From Octopus bimaculoides (taxonomy: Eukaryota), in assembly GCF_001194135.2 (NCBI RefSeq), contig NC_068984.1, positions 5,488,693-5,552,692 on the forward strand: DNA of 64,000 bases. Direction: 5' to 3'. The notes below the pieces were generated by a model. It had not been told where the DNA came from. It did no database searches and saw nothing but the letters and a program-made list of their open reading frames with translations. Below, one piece after another: positions 1-13,169 of the stretch (positions are counted from its first letter, which is position 1; the number at the start of each line of letters is the position of its first letter). Made by a program: the position numbers and the translations under genes.

Positions 1-1
1 T

Positions 2-346
2 AGCATCCAGAAAATTAACAATCTTATAGTTAGTCATAAATTCAAGTTTTAAGTTGAAGGATTTGAAAAAATGTCTAATCTTTTTCCTAACCTTTTCAAG
101 GGTGCTCTTGTTATTGGTAGGGTAAATAAAAAGAGCATCGTCTCTGTATAGACCCCCTTGGAGTTCTGGTACCATTGAGAATAGCCTCTTTAGTAGAAAG
201 GCTCCGACTAAGTCAGTTACCTGAGCTGAGTCGCTCGAGCCCATAGCCACATTGAAGTTATCAGGGGTGTTCGACCTGGTCCAAAGTTTACCCTCGAATT
301 CAACTATAGTTTTCCTAGCTAGGAGTATAATGTCTATTTTTTCTCT
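2..346 (-). mobile_element. Penelope-like element reverse transcriptase fragment (stop-free, continues beyond the window's left edge)
   Basis: Manual translation: EKIDIILLARKTIVEFEGKLWTRSNTPDNFNVAMGSSDSAQVTDLVGAFLLKRLFSMVPELQGGLYRDDALFIY...KLEFMTNYKIVNFLDA; matches the PLE RT pattern MGS.D.A...LVG / GLYRDD / VNFLD. Not in the ORF track. Confidence 0.85.
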
Positions 347-633
347 ATATACGCATATACCTACAGATGCAAACATGCACAAGATACACAAAGAATATGA
401 AAGATAAAATAACTTTAGTGTCATGTTTAGGTTAATATTTCTTTGGAACTTATATCCCCGCAGCAAAGACATTCTCTGGAACAATACTCTGTGCAAAACC
501 CAAAAATATGTTACCCTAGTCATAACACCAACTCGAACGTCTAACTTGGTGTCCCTTGAGGTGTCTGAGTGAGACTTGGAGTGAACTTGTGTAAATACAA
601 AGCAAAAGCCGAATATATAAAAACAGCGAGCAT

Positions 634-782
634 TTTGAAATTGGTACTTGGGTGTTGATTATTGTCCACGATATTTAACATCCAAGTCTTATAATTTGTG
701 GAAAGAGATCTTGTGAGACTCTGACAACAGGTTGCTCTCCGCTCTCACAGAATCAACCAGAGCAAGAAAAACCGAGAGCTCT
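634..782 (+). repeat. Unassigned dispersed repeat, homologous to 60926-61083 (minus)
   Basis: Shared core ...ttgtgaga.ctctga.a.ca.g.tgct.tccgctctcacagaatc.ac.aga... in both places. Confidence 0.7.
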
Positions 783-1265
783 AAGAAGTAAAGTGTAATA
801 AGAATAATGATGATGATTATCATGATGAGGACGACGAAGACGACGATGACAACGACGACAATGATGATGATAATTGTAAAATTCTTGGCTGATAAACGCA
901 AAAAGAGATTTAAAGAATCCGTCTTTTTAAATATTTCACGTTACCCTCATTAGGGGTTTTCCTTTATATTTTCAATTTCCTCATATTTTAATATTGTACC
1001 TCAAGAACTGTCGGATGTGCGAAGGCTTGTCTAATATAGTAAGTCGGAAAGTATCTAATTGATGAGCATTACGTAGAAATTGAGAAAGTCATATTGCCTA
1101 AATATTAACTCTGATCACGAGAGGTAAAACAGATAATTTTGGAAGTAAAATTATGATTAATTTTAATGTTTTGCAATATTATGTGTGTTAGAATCGACTT
1201 AAGACTTTCCAAGATATTATTCATTCAGTCATAATGCTAAATATATTAGAATATATAGGACGAAC

Positions 1266-1380
1266 TCCTTTCAGCCTTCGTCTACCAAATCAACTTACAA
1301 GGTTTTGACTGACCCGAGACACTTACCCAAATTGCTACGCAGTAGGACTGAACCCGGAGCCATATGGTTGGGAAGCAATG
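1266..1380 (-). mobile_element. SINE family A, degraded 5' part
   Basis: Reverse complement of the family A head (ccacatggttccgggttcagtccc...tgagtggatttggtagacggaaactgaaag). Confidence 0.6.
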
Positions 1381-2339
1381 TATATGTACAATTTAAAGGC
1401 GCTTTAACTGGTATGTCTAACATATAGAATGATTACATAGAGGCACTCGTGTTGATATGATCGACTGTTCACTTCACAGAAAATCTGTGGCTTTATATTT
1501 CTCTTAGAATCAAGAATATTCCCCGGCGTAAACACTAATATCTTACAAGTCTATCATTTATTATTAATTGAGTTAACGCTTGTATCATTCACCTTGCTGG
1601 CTATAATATATAATTATATTTGTCACCTGGGATACGAAATTATAGCATCATAAACATTATACAAGTATTCGTTAGTTCCTTGTTTCTTTCTATCTTAACC
1701 CTGCTGTTTTATCACCGCCATCTTTAATTATTCATTTGTACAGATTCAGTTTATCCCAGCACCTGAACTTTCTTAGATTTAATACTTACTATTAACACAC
1801 ACGCACACACACTTTCTCTGTCTCTCTGTCTCTGTCTCTCTCACACACAAATGCACATACATTGGCAAATATAGACAGACAGGGCCATACATGCGCTTGT
1901 GTGTTTGCATGTGTACCTACAAACATGTGCTTATTAATCTGTAAATTATTAATGGATATATATTTCCGTAACCAGGGTTTCGTTCAGTCAAATCTTAGGT
2001 TGACAGACTGAGAAAAAAATAACAAATGTGGTTTATTTTTTTTTCGTAAATGTGGCTCCTGGTGTGATTGGATGGATGATCCTTGTGTAAGGTTAAATCT
2101 AATTTCGGAATAAGTGTGTCAGAAGACTTTTGGTGTGAGAGAATAAATAATAGAAAAATAATAAGGAATAGTAAACCAAATCAGAACGCCAGTCAAAAAA
2201 TGATAAATGAAAACTAATTTGTGACAAGTATCGATTATCACTACAAAGTTCAGGTGTGTATCTCTTTAGAGTAAATACTCTTCTCTATTAATCTTTTTGA
2301 TTTACCAAGATGTCTCGTTCCTGGTCGAACGTAATAACG

Positions 2340-3300
2340 TAGTGGTTGTCGATATCACCATGGCTTGTTTTGATGGTGCCGAGATATGCAATTGAGTTAT
2401 ATTGTTTATCAAAGGTACAATTCAGGAGAAAAAAAAAATAACCAACTAGAATCTCTAAACAAATGTTAAATTAATTTCATCCTGTTGTAAATATGATCAT
2501 TTCTAAGATAAACTCGAACGAAAGCCAACAGACATGCCTGGAGATATTAATAACATACACTACACGCCGTATAAATTCTAGTATAATTAATTTCTTAAGC
2601 ATAACATTTAACCTCCCGGAAAATACGATTCAAAGAATGCCAGTCAAAAACGTATGATTTATCATTCGTAGCTATTCTAAAACTTTATCTAGAAACAACT
2701 GTAAAAGCATTTGATATATATCTAAGGATGAAGAAGCACGTAACTACGCCACAAAATATTATAGTGAGGTTCCAACTAAAAGTGCATTCATAGAGAAAAT
2801 ACGTTACACGTCTAGTTGAAGCACTATCACTACTAACATTAACAAGCAGTTGAAGAAGGAATAACATATGGTATACCCCACCACTAAGTTTTAATCTAAG
2901 CACAAATATCGGGCGATCGCCCCTAAATCCAATGTGAAAGCATTTCCTCATAAATAATAATCGCAACAAAATCGTCAATATAAGAAATGTTAATATGAGA
3001 GAGAACTCAAGAAGAGCAATTTTCCCATTTCTTTAGTTCGAATAAAAAGAGAAACGTTAATATACTCAAGCAAATGCACAGCATTGACTTCCAAAACGTT
3101 GCAGCCTCAATATTTTACCCCAAATATCTTCAAGAAAGCATAGTTTCAAGCCCCAGGTTTGGATCGGTAATAATAATGATGAAAAGGTTATGTAGGTATT
3201 ACCGAAAACAAAATGAAGGCCAGATATAGAGTAATATTTTCGTTGAAACCCAGCATTTGAAGAGGCACAATCGTAGTTGAATATCTGAATTCTGCTGGAC
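2340..3300 (+). pseudogene. Degraded Penelope-like element (RT C-half to GIY-YIG endonuclease)
   Basis: Collinear motifs across stops/frameshifts: DITMACFDGAEIC (~2350), IINFLSITFNLPENT (~2585), RRNNIWYTPPLSFNLSTNIG (~2860), YVGITENKMKARY (~3190). Confidence 0.75.
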
Positions 3301-3574
3301 ACAAGTGTCTACGACGATAAATTTGTCTGGTAAATAATTAAAGTTGTCTTCATGCATCAATGATTTTTTTGAATGCTGCGTCTTATCTGGAAAGGTATAT
3401 CGTACTTATCATGGGATCACGTGATCGACCAGACTATCAGATATTGTTATACATCGCCGATCACAATGCACTTCGCATTATTTTAGCTCTTGAATTATGC
3501 CGCCCTGTTAAGTGGGCGAGCAGGGCAACATTCCCCCCGATTTGAAGACGAGTTCTTTGCAGTGTTATCCGTTT

Positions 3575-3710
3575 ACAGCTAAGTGGACTGAAGCAACGTG
3601 AAATGAATTGTTTTTTTCAAGAACACAGCGAGCTGGTCGGTCCAGGAATCGAACTCGCGATCTAGTGATTGTGAATGCAATACCCCAACCCCTGGCCACA
3701 CGCCATCATA
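3575..3710 (-). mobile_element. tRNA-derived SINE head (family C/D type), degraded
   Basis: Reverse complement contains B-box gagttcgattcc and the ttgagcaagacactttatttcacgttgctccagtccactcagc-like core. Confidence 0.6.
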
Positions 3711-4108
3711 TGATATATAGAATTTCAAAATTCAAAACTAAATTTGTTTCCTTCCTTCCTCCACGAGTATAAGTGGATTCTAAGGATTTCACCTTAACTA
3801 CAGCATAATTCTATACACATCCTTTACGTGTTACATGATGGCACGTCCACATTGGGTTCGCATCTACATTCGAAGCTCACACTCTTTCATCGATTCAGTG
3901 GGATTTGAAACTACCACTGATGGGATGAGAAGAATATTTCCTCTCATCACAAAAATCAAATCATATTAAACGGTAACGAAAGCAGACGGACACTGAGATC
4001 CATCGCTGAGAACTGCATCATGTATATTTTCTCTTTCCGTACATCATTATATCATTTCCATAAGTCTTGTTTTATTTTTTAGCACCACCACAATATACGC
4101 TCACAAGC

Positions 4109-4142
<34 letters not shown>

Positions 4143-4898
4143 NNNNNNNNNNNNNNNNNNNNNNNNNNNNNNNNNNNNNNNNNNNNNNNNNNNNNNNNNN
4201 NNNNNNNNNNNNNNNNNNNNNNNNNNNNNNNNNNNNNNNNNNNNNNNNNNNNNNNNNNNNNNNNNNNNNNNNNNNNNNNNNNNNNNNNNNNNNNNNNNNN
4301 NNNNNNNNNNNNNNNNNNNNNNNNNNNNNNNNNNNNNNNNNNNNNNNNNNNNNNNNNNNNNNNNNNNNNNNNNNNNNNNNNNNNNNNNNNNNNNNNNNNN
4401 NNNNNNNNNNNNNNNNNNNNNNNNNNNNNNNNNNNNNNNNNNNNNNNNNNNNNNNNNNNNNNNNNNNNNNNNNNNNNNNNNNNNNNNNNNNNNNNNNNNN
4501 NNNNNNNNNNNNNNNNNNNNNNNNNNNNNNNNNNNNNNNNNNNNNNNNNNNNNNNNNNNNNNNNNNNNNNNNNNNNNNNNNNNNNNNNNNNNNNNNNNNN
4601 NNNNNNNNNNNNNNNNNNNNNNNNNNNNNNNNNNNNNNNNNNNNNNNNNNNNNNNNNNNNNNNNNNNNNNNNNNNNNNNNNNNNNNNNNNNNNNNNNNNN
4701 NNNNNNNNNNNNNNNNNNNNNNNNNNNNNNNNNNNNNNNNNNNNNNNNNNNNNNNNNNNNNNNNNNNNNNNNNNNNNNNNNNNNNNNNNNNNNNNNNNNN
4801 NNNNNNNNNNNNNNNNNNNNNNNNNNNNNNNNNNNNNNNNNNNNNNNNNNNNNNNNNNNNNNNNNNNNNNNNNNNNNNNNNNNNNNNNNNNNNNNNNN
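4143..4898. other. Assembly gap (N run)
   Basis: Ns, left flank (AT)n. Confidence 0.99.
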
Positions 4899-5044
4899 TA
4901 TGGGGTAGGCGACACGAGTTTAAACGCCATATTTGCTGGTTTCAGAATTAACTTGTTTGCAAAAAGAAAATGTAGAAAGAAATTTTGTTTTTTTTAGAAT
5001 TATATATATATAATGTTGTATGTATATGTGTTCGTACTTCTGTG

Positions 5045-5076
<32 letters not shown>

Positions 5077-5204
5077 GTACATAGTACGATTACACACAAA
5101 TGCTCAGAATTACTTATATGCAAAGAGTAAACACCAATCTACGGAGATAGACACAAGCGTATATCGCCATCCATACGTGTACATATAAATATGTATACTC
5201 GTGG

Positions 5205-5560
5205 CACTCCATTGGTTGCGACGACGAAACAGCCTGCTTGTGAAATTAACGTGCAAGTGGCTGAGTACTCCGGAGACACGTGTACCCTTAACATAGTTCT
5301 CGGGCAGATTCAGCGTGACAACAGAGTGTGACAAGGCTGACCGTTTGAAATACAAGTACAGCAGAAATAGAAAGAAAGAGTGAGAGAAAGTTGTGGCGGA
5401 AGAGTACAGCAGGGTTCGCCACCATCTGTGCTGGAACCTCGTTGGAGCTTTAGGTGTTTTTGCTCAATAAACACTTACAATGCCTGGTCTGGGAATCGAA
5501 ACCGCGATATCCTACCACTGTGAGTCGACTGCCCTAACCATTGGGCCAATGCGCCTCCAC
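5205..5560 (-). mobile_element. tRNA-derived SINE family C (head variant 1), near full length
   Basis: Head ggaggcgcattggcccaatggttagggcag...ggtttcgattccc; tail shared with 14385, 47155, 53505 and 57475 copies. Confidence 0.85.
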
Positions 5561-6222
5561 ATATGTATGCTATAGCTTACCACATTGTTATGTAAATAAT
5601 TATATGCTCAAACATGCGTACCCGTAAAAACATAACATAAATACGCCTCTACATGTGCACACCAATACACACACGCATACACACTCAGACATTTATAGAG
5701 ACATATTTATATGTATTTACATGTGAAGATGTCCAAGTTCTAAAATATGGAACAAAAAATAAAAGAACGAGTGTTTATAACTTAGAGATTGCAGCTTCAG
5801 ACGCACAGCCAAGGGGGATTGTAAAACATATTAAAATGTTATATATTACAAAGTTATCTGGAATTATATTTTTTAAAGGAAATAAAATTACCAGAGGAGA
5901 AGAAAAAAAAAATTATGAGAATTATTACGTTGTCGCCGAAACGATGCAAAGGAAACAAATGATATTAGACTTTAGGGAAAACAGGTGTTTTAGAAAAACA
6001 GGAATATTAGAAATGGTTTGAAGAACTAAAACAACAAACAGTTGAATTACGACGAAAATGGAAATTTGTTTGTCAAGAAAAAATTGAGCGAGAATCGTTT
6101 TATTGAGTTCGGATATTAAATACACACACAACAAGCAGACAAACCGATGGCAGGCCCAAAAATATTCAAAATAGCTAGCGTTTAGAGGCAATTAAAAATT
6201 ATGTATATATATATATATATAT

Positions 6223-6943
6223 NNNNNNNNNNNNNNNNNNNNNNNNNNNNNNNNNNNNNNNNNNNNNNNNNNNNNNNNNNNNNNNNNNNNNNNNNNNNNN
6301 NNNNNNNNNNNNNNNNNNNNNNNNNNNNNNNNNNNNNNNNNNNNNNNNNNNNNNNNNNNNNNNNNNNNNNNNNNNNNNNNNNNNNNNNNNNNNNNNNNNN
6401 NNNNNNNNNNNNNNNNNNNNNNNNNNNNNNNNNNNNNNNNNNNNNNNNNNNNNNNNNNNNNNNNNNNNNNNNNNNNNNNNNNNNNNNNNNNNNNNNNNNN
6501 NNNNNNNNNNNNNNNNNNNNNNNNNNNNNNNNNNNNNNNNNNNNNNNNNNNNNNNNNNNNNNNNNNNNNNNNNNNNNNNNNNNNNNNNNNNNNNNNNNNN
6601 NNNNNNNNNNNNNNNNNNNNNNNNNNNNNNNNNNNNNNNNNNNNNNNNNNNNNNNNNNNNNNNNNNNNNNNNNNNNNNNNNNNNNNNNNNNNNNNNNNNN
6701 NNNNNNNNNNNNNNNNNNNNNNNNNNNNNNNNNNNNNNNNNNNNNNNNNNNNNNNNNNNNNNNNNNNNNNNNNNNNNNNNNNNNNNNNNNNNNNNNNNNN
6801 NNNNNNNNNNNNNNNNNNNNNNNNNNNNNNNNNNNNNNNNNNNNNNNNNNNNNNNNNNNNNNNNNNNNNNNNNNNNNNNNNNNNNNNNNNNNNNNNNNNN
6901 NNNNNNNNNNNNNNNNNNNNNNNNNNNNNNNNNNNNNNNNNNN
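6223..6943. other. Assembly gap (N run)
   Basis: Ns, left flank (AT)n. Confidence 0.99.
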
Positions 6944-7394
6944 ATAAATATACAAAAATGCATACATACATGTCTACCCACACACATAGACACGCTTGTA
7001 CATATATGCATATAAAGAGTGTATAGAAATCCTCACATATATGTGTGTGTGCTCACGTGTCCAAATTGTTAGGGTGTTCAGTACATGACATAAAGACATG
7101 AATTCAATTTCCCGAGTGATCAGCGCATTGTGTTATGAAGAAAAGCCCTCCCCACCCATTCATACGTAATGAATTCAAGTCGACTGGTGACGTAGCCTTC
7201 CCTCCCTCCACCTCCACAGGTATGGAGTTGGCTGAAAGCGGAAGGGGCTGCGTGGGCATCAATGTTCGTTCGCATTCTCAGAGGGACCTGAAATATTTTG
7301 TGAAGGTATGGTTCAAGATGATACAAGAGAGGAAACGAAACTCGTTCGTGAGTTACGGTTGGTTGTACTTTACACTGGTACGTGCATTATATTT

Positions 7395-7745
7395 CTGTAC
7401 ACACACACACACACACACACATACACACACACACACACACACATACATACACACAAGCACACACACATATACACACACACAAATATATACATATACATAT
7501 GGCTGTAGATGAATATATATATATATACATATAACCATATATGTATATACATATATATATATATATATACATATATACATATATATATACATATATATAT
7601 GTATACATATATATACATATATATGTACATACATATATACATACATATATATGTGTATATATATACATATGCTGACATATATATTTATATATTTGTGTAT
7701 ATCTATGCTTGTGTGTATATTTGTGTGTGTGTGTGTGTATGTATG
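7395..7745. repeat. Compound (CA)n/(AT)n/(GT)n microsatellite
   Basis: Directly visible; source of several spurious HT/YI ORFs. Confidence 0.95.
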
Positions 7746-8104
7746 CATGTTTATCTGCATGTGTGAGGTATATGAAACTGGATAGCTTCCTCTTAGATGC
7801 AATGTGAACGTAAATATGAAGTGAAATGTGCTAATTTTGGCCAAAAAACACAAGGGAGATGGGAATTATTTTGATCTTTATGTACACATATAAATATGAA
7901 CAACAACAAGTAACAGAAGCATATGCTTTGATTGCATGCCTGTGTGTGTGTGCGTGAGTGTGAGTATGTGTGTGCGTGTGTTTGCGCGTGTGCATATAAA
8001 CCTGTGTTCATTCCTTAATATATGTATGCATACACACACATGTATCTATATAAATCTATATTTTTATATGTGTATAAATATATATATTCCTCATAAATCT
8101 GTAT

Positions 8105-8322
<218 letters not shown>

Positions 8323-9312
8323 ACAGGATTGCTTATAAGCACAAGTCCAGATGAAATGTTCCCTCGTGGTAAGTATCGCTGTATTTGGGGTTCTAACACA
8401 ACATACACTTATAAGCGGAGATAAATATTACCTTTGATATTGATACCGCTTCTGTAGCTAGTGATTATAGATATATATTTTCACTCATATGTTTATATAA
8501 TAATTCTAGCTGCCTTAGAATGTTGTTGTACTTCTACGATTCCTTATTAAAATTTGTTCTCAAATTCTATATGAAACTCACCAAATCTGCAGCCGAGACT
8601 TTCGAAGTACCAAGTTTGTTTATGATCCTAAACAGTCTTTTTGTCGAATACTTATCTCTGAGAGGCTATAGTCTTTGAGGAGGGATCGCGTGTCGGTTCA
8701 AGAATGATTAGGGTTCTGGGTTTTTAATCTGCAGCGAAATCCCGGAAAATGTAGAAATTTAGAAAATGTAGAAAAATTATCATGGACACGATCACCAGGA
8801 GGATTATTCTCCGTCAGCTCTGTCGAACTCCTTTCTGGAGTGTACTAGGAGTCTGGCATGTGAGACCGGACATCTGTTGCGTTGCTCTGATGTTTGCTCC
8901 ACCTAGCGTTGCATGACACTACATCAAAATAGCGTTGTTTTGATATCGTAGACATACACACACGCGCAAAAAATAAAACATATAAACATACAAAAAAAAA
9001 ACGGTGAGCGAGCCCGCAGTTATGAACGCCTATCACAGCACCCACGATCAAAACTGTATTGACGAAAAACAGGCTAAACGTCAGCATTATCGATATCTCA
9101 TACTTTGTTCCTCATATTAGAAACAAATTTTTATTTCGAGTTGTTTGCATCTTGTGAAATATACGACTAAAAATATGAGGATTTTGGTGGAAATGCTCTT
9201 GGTTTTTGCAAACTAACCAGACACTTATAGTGAGAATTAAAAAAAAAACGCGAAGACGGGTGAGTAAACAACAAACAGATGTATTATTTCAACGCTCGGG
9301 AAGTGAGAAAGT

Positions 9313-9349
9313 CCTTTACGTTTCGAGCCTACGCTCTTCGACAGAAAGG
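9313..9349 (-). ncRNA. Variant hammerhead-like fold in a dispersed repeat (copy 1)
   Basis: CCUUU-CUGUCGA-A-GAGC(GUAG)GCUC-GAAA-CGU-A-AAGG; HHR topology but A6 replaced by U. Confidence 0.45.
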
Positions 9350-9868
9350 AATGCGCATCCCTTAAAACGATGCAGGTTTTTGTTTTATTTTGACAAAGAA
9401 GAAGATAATAACTGTAAAGATCAACTTCATAAATGCTTGATTTATCCGTCTGCACAATCACCCTTTTCCCCCTAGCTTAGACAGACACAGAAAGCGGGCC
9501 ACTTTGTGACAATTGAGGATATTCAAACTGTATACTCGGATGAATTAGGAGTCCTCCAGGAAAATAGTTTCCACGGCACGTTTGATGGAGACGAGCATTG
9601 ACGTAGCAGTATTGGTGAGTACCTCCCTTTATTTACTGGAGCACTGCTGTATGACTTAGGCTTCACTTACGGCCTTTGTGTGTATATAAATATGTATACG
9701 TGTCATCATCATCCTCATCATCCTCATCATCTATGTACGGGTGTGCGTAAGTGTATGAACTTTTGTGTGTATGTATACATGTGTATAAAGAAATACCTCA
9801 TAAACATATGTATATTTGTACATATATGACTACATGCATACACGCACACACACATGCACATACATATA

Positions 9869-9900
<32 letters not shown>

Positions 9901-11219
9901 GTATATATATACATATACATAAATATACTTATGCATAACTACATGTATATAATATATAACATATAATATATTCATATATGCATATTTGTGTGTGCGTGTG
10001 CATACACACATGAATATATATGATTATACACACACACACACTAACATATATACGATATAATTTTGAGATGAAAGCAAGCTAGTCATAAAAAACCCGCCTT
10101 CATGTGAAAAACCACTTAGTCGAAAATATGAAGCCCTCCGTTAATGACAGTCTCTATTTATTTTGTTCTTACGATGAATTTATATTATTATGGCATTTTC
10201 TTCTAATCGCCGAAGTGTTGCTAGCGTTGAAGCGAAGAGCACGTAATAATTATTTGATATAAGTATTAAATCTCAGTTAAACGACCATACCTTGTTTATG
10301 AAGGGTGCCGAGAGTAGTGTGCGAGAAACCAGCTTGAAGTATCACTTGATTGGGAATATGCAGTCGAATGAGAATGAACGGCCCCGTGGTTCAGAAATTT
10401 ACTTCTCGATCAAACGTTTTTACGTTTGAACCTTGTTTCCGAAGCATTTGTAAAAATATCTTCTGCCTGAGCTAAGCCTTATCAGAGAAAACAGGTTTGT
10501 ATAAAGCATTGATCCTCAATATGAGGTCCCTATAAGACTTTGCTGTTAAAACTTGAGTGCAAGGAATTTGTTGTACTGTTATAATATACAAGCTATTTCA
10601 ACATTTTTTCATAAAATTCCTTAATAAGAATCAATTATATAATTATGATAAAATTTTCCCGAGGAAAGTAGGAATCAAAGAGGTTGATTGGCAAAAATGG
10701 CTGGGACTAAAGAATTCCCATCTTTTAAATTTGAGACGATATAGCTTTCTTAAAAATCAAAATATTAGCGATACTTAGGGGAAAGAAATACAAGCTTTAC
10801 TAAAGCAAGATTTGAACGCATAACGAGGAAAGATGAATTTAAGTACGGCACATAAATGTGACATATCAATTTATGTAAATACAACAGCGCTGTTATACGT
10901 AGATGCGGTGTTCGAATCATGCAGATGATGTTAGAATTTATGTTTATGCATTGCTTTGCAAGATTTCTGATGTGAAATCGTTTGTTGAAATAGATATTGT
11001 TAAAGTTCATGAGGTTCATGCGAGTGTTTATTCGGAAATGATAAAAAAAAAAAAAAAAAAATATAAAATGACCATTCCGAAATATAATGATAGATATTGG
11101 AATCCTTTTCTGTCTTCTATATTAATCTCACCTACTCACACATACATAACTATTAATATTTCATATGAGAATATGTATATACGCGCGCGCGCGCAAACAC
11201 ACATGCGTGTATCTTTTCA

Positions 11220-11276
<57 letters not shown>

Positions 11277-11287
11277 ANNNNNNNNNN

Positions 11288-11499
11288 TGTGTTTGTGTGT
11301 CCGTGTTTGTCCTCCCACCATCTCTTGACAACCGATGGTGGTGTGTTTACGTACTCGTATTTTAGCAGTTCGGCAAAAGAGACCGATGGAATAAGTAAGT
11401 ACTAGGCTTACAAAAAATAAGTCCTGGAGTCGATTTGCTGGACTAACGGCGGTGCTCCAGCAGTCAAATGACTGAAACAAGTAAAGTAATAAAAGAATA
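11288..11499 (+). mobile_element. SINE family A, 3' half
   Basis: cttgacaaccgatggtggtgtgtttacg...ggcggtgctccagc...gtcaaatgactgaaacaagtaaa. Confidence 0.85.
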
Positions 11500-11590
11500 T
11501 AGCTGAAATTTACAGAAAAACAAAAGACAAAGACAGATTCATAAACAACAAGCAGGTGTATTAGTTTGACGCTCAGGAAGGTCAGAAAGT

Positions 11591-11627
11591 CTTTTACGTT
11601 TCGAGCCGACGCTCTTCAACAGAAAGG
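11591..11627 (-). ncRNA. Variant hammerhead-like fold in a dispersed repeat (copy 2)
   Basis: CCUUU-CUGUUGA-A-GAGC(GUCG)GCUC-GAAA-CGU-A-AAAG; about 90 bp of shared context with 9265-9355. Confidence 0.45.
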
Positions 11628-13169
11628 AACACGAGGCTGTGAATTTTAAACCAGATAACATTATAATGAACAGCATGCAGAATATTGGATAAAAAAGAAA
11701 ACCTTAGATGTAAAACGTCGAAAGTTGCTCGAGAGATACAAACTGACGTCTTTTGAGGAAAATGACTGACGTGTTACCATTAGACCAAAGCAACACTTCG
11801 AATTTCCCACTTCTGTTGTAGAAGCATTGTCTTCATCGGCGAGAGTTGCGATGTCACTGGTGCCAATCTAACGGTCTGTGTGTGTTTCTTAAATGGCTTA
11901 TAAGCACCTTCTACGCTGCAATTGTATATATATAAATTATTTGAATGGTTTCAGTTGTAGAAGTGTTTTGTTGTCGCTTTATGGCTGGAAGTTGGTCTAT
12001 GATTGAATTTATCGCAGCTAATCTTCCCTGAATGTATCCTTAAATGGTTGTCTGGTCCCGCATCGTTGTTAGGAGTTTATTCAGTGTCTCAATACAGGTT
12101 CTCAATAAGGTGCTATATTTAGAAGCGGACAGTATTTACCAGTTCATGCTTTAAAAAATTTTTCTAATGCCGAAGTCTGGAACACACCCCTCCAGAATTT
12201 CTCACCTACTTTTATTCACAAAGCTTTGGTCCACTCAGACCCATGGTAGATAATATCTGCCCACGGTGTTTTACCGTAGGATGTTAACCAGAACCTTGAT
12301 TGCTTAGTAAATATCCTAGCCATGCAGTCCTGCATTAAATGTACGTCAAAATATTCACTAAATAAACACTCTTTGACGTTTTTCCGTCTTTATTCATCAC
12401 CAGTTTTTGTTTTCTTTACGCTTGCTCGTATATTAGAATGGTATGACCTAGCATTAGAGAGTTATTGATTTAACACATTCTAACTAAACCAGCTCTTGTC
12501 TCTGTCATCGCAACGTCATCTTTTTGTTAACTATATATTCCAGTGTCACGTTTGTATGTGTGTGTGTGTGTGCGTAGATGTGTGTAATAGGTGTTGTTAA
12601 TGGCAGACGTTTGACAAGAGCCTTTATATTATTTTTTTGTTTTTAATTATTAATTCTTTCCGCGTCTAATCCTGAGAAGTGATGGTGGCTTTGAAAGTTG
12701 AGCCATCTCTAAGCATTTGTGATGACAAAAGCAACACCACCGCAATACCACGTGTTAGCAACAGTTGAGTGGCTGCTCTCAGCAGTCAACCATATCGTGC
12801 TTTGGTATGGAATTACAGCTAAATGGACTGGTCCGTTGACAGACGTGTTAAGGTAGGATTCTCTCCCCCCGCCACTCTCTTTCTCTGTGTGTATATATAC
12901 GTATATAGATACAAACATACATGCTTGCATACACACGCGCGCATATATATATGTGTTAATGTTTGGACACATTTTCTATCCTTAAACAAAAATATTATTG
13001 GCAGTAACTTCGAAGTTTCGGCCAGTTCAGCTATTGTTTAACAATATCTTAACTGGCAGAAACTTCGTAGTCATTGTCAACAATATGCCCGTTTAAGAAT
13101 GTGTGTGTGCGCGTGCATGTTCGTTCTCGCCAACACTTGGAATCAGTGGTATTTATTGGTATTTCATCT

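Noticed and set aside
4067-7011. Long ORFs of 250-430 aa in the track (also 24711-25994 and 49262-50748)
   Set aside because: Made almost entirely of N-gap X residues
8480-8700. Coding-like stretch on the minus strand (STKRLFRIINKLG...)
   Set aside because: Several stops and no motif I can assign
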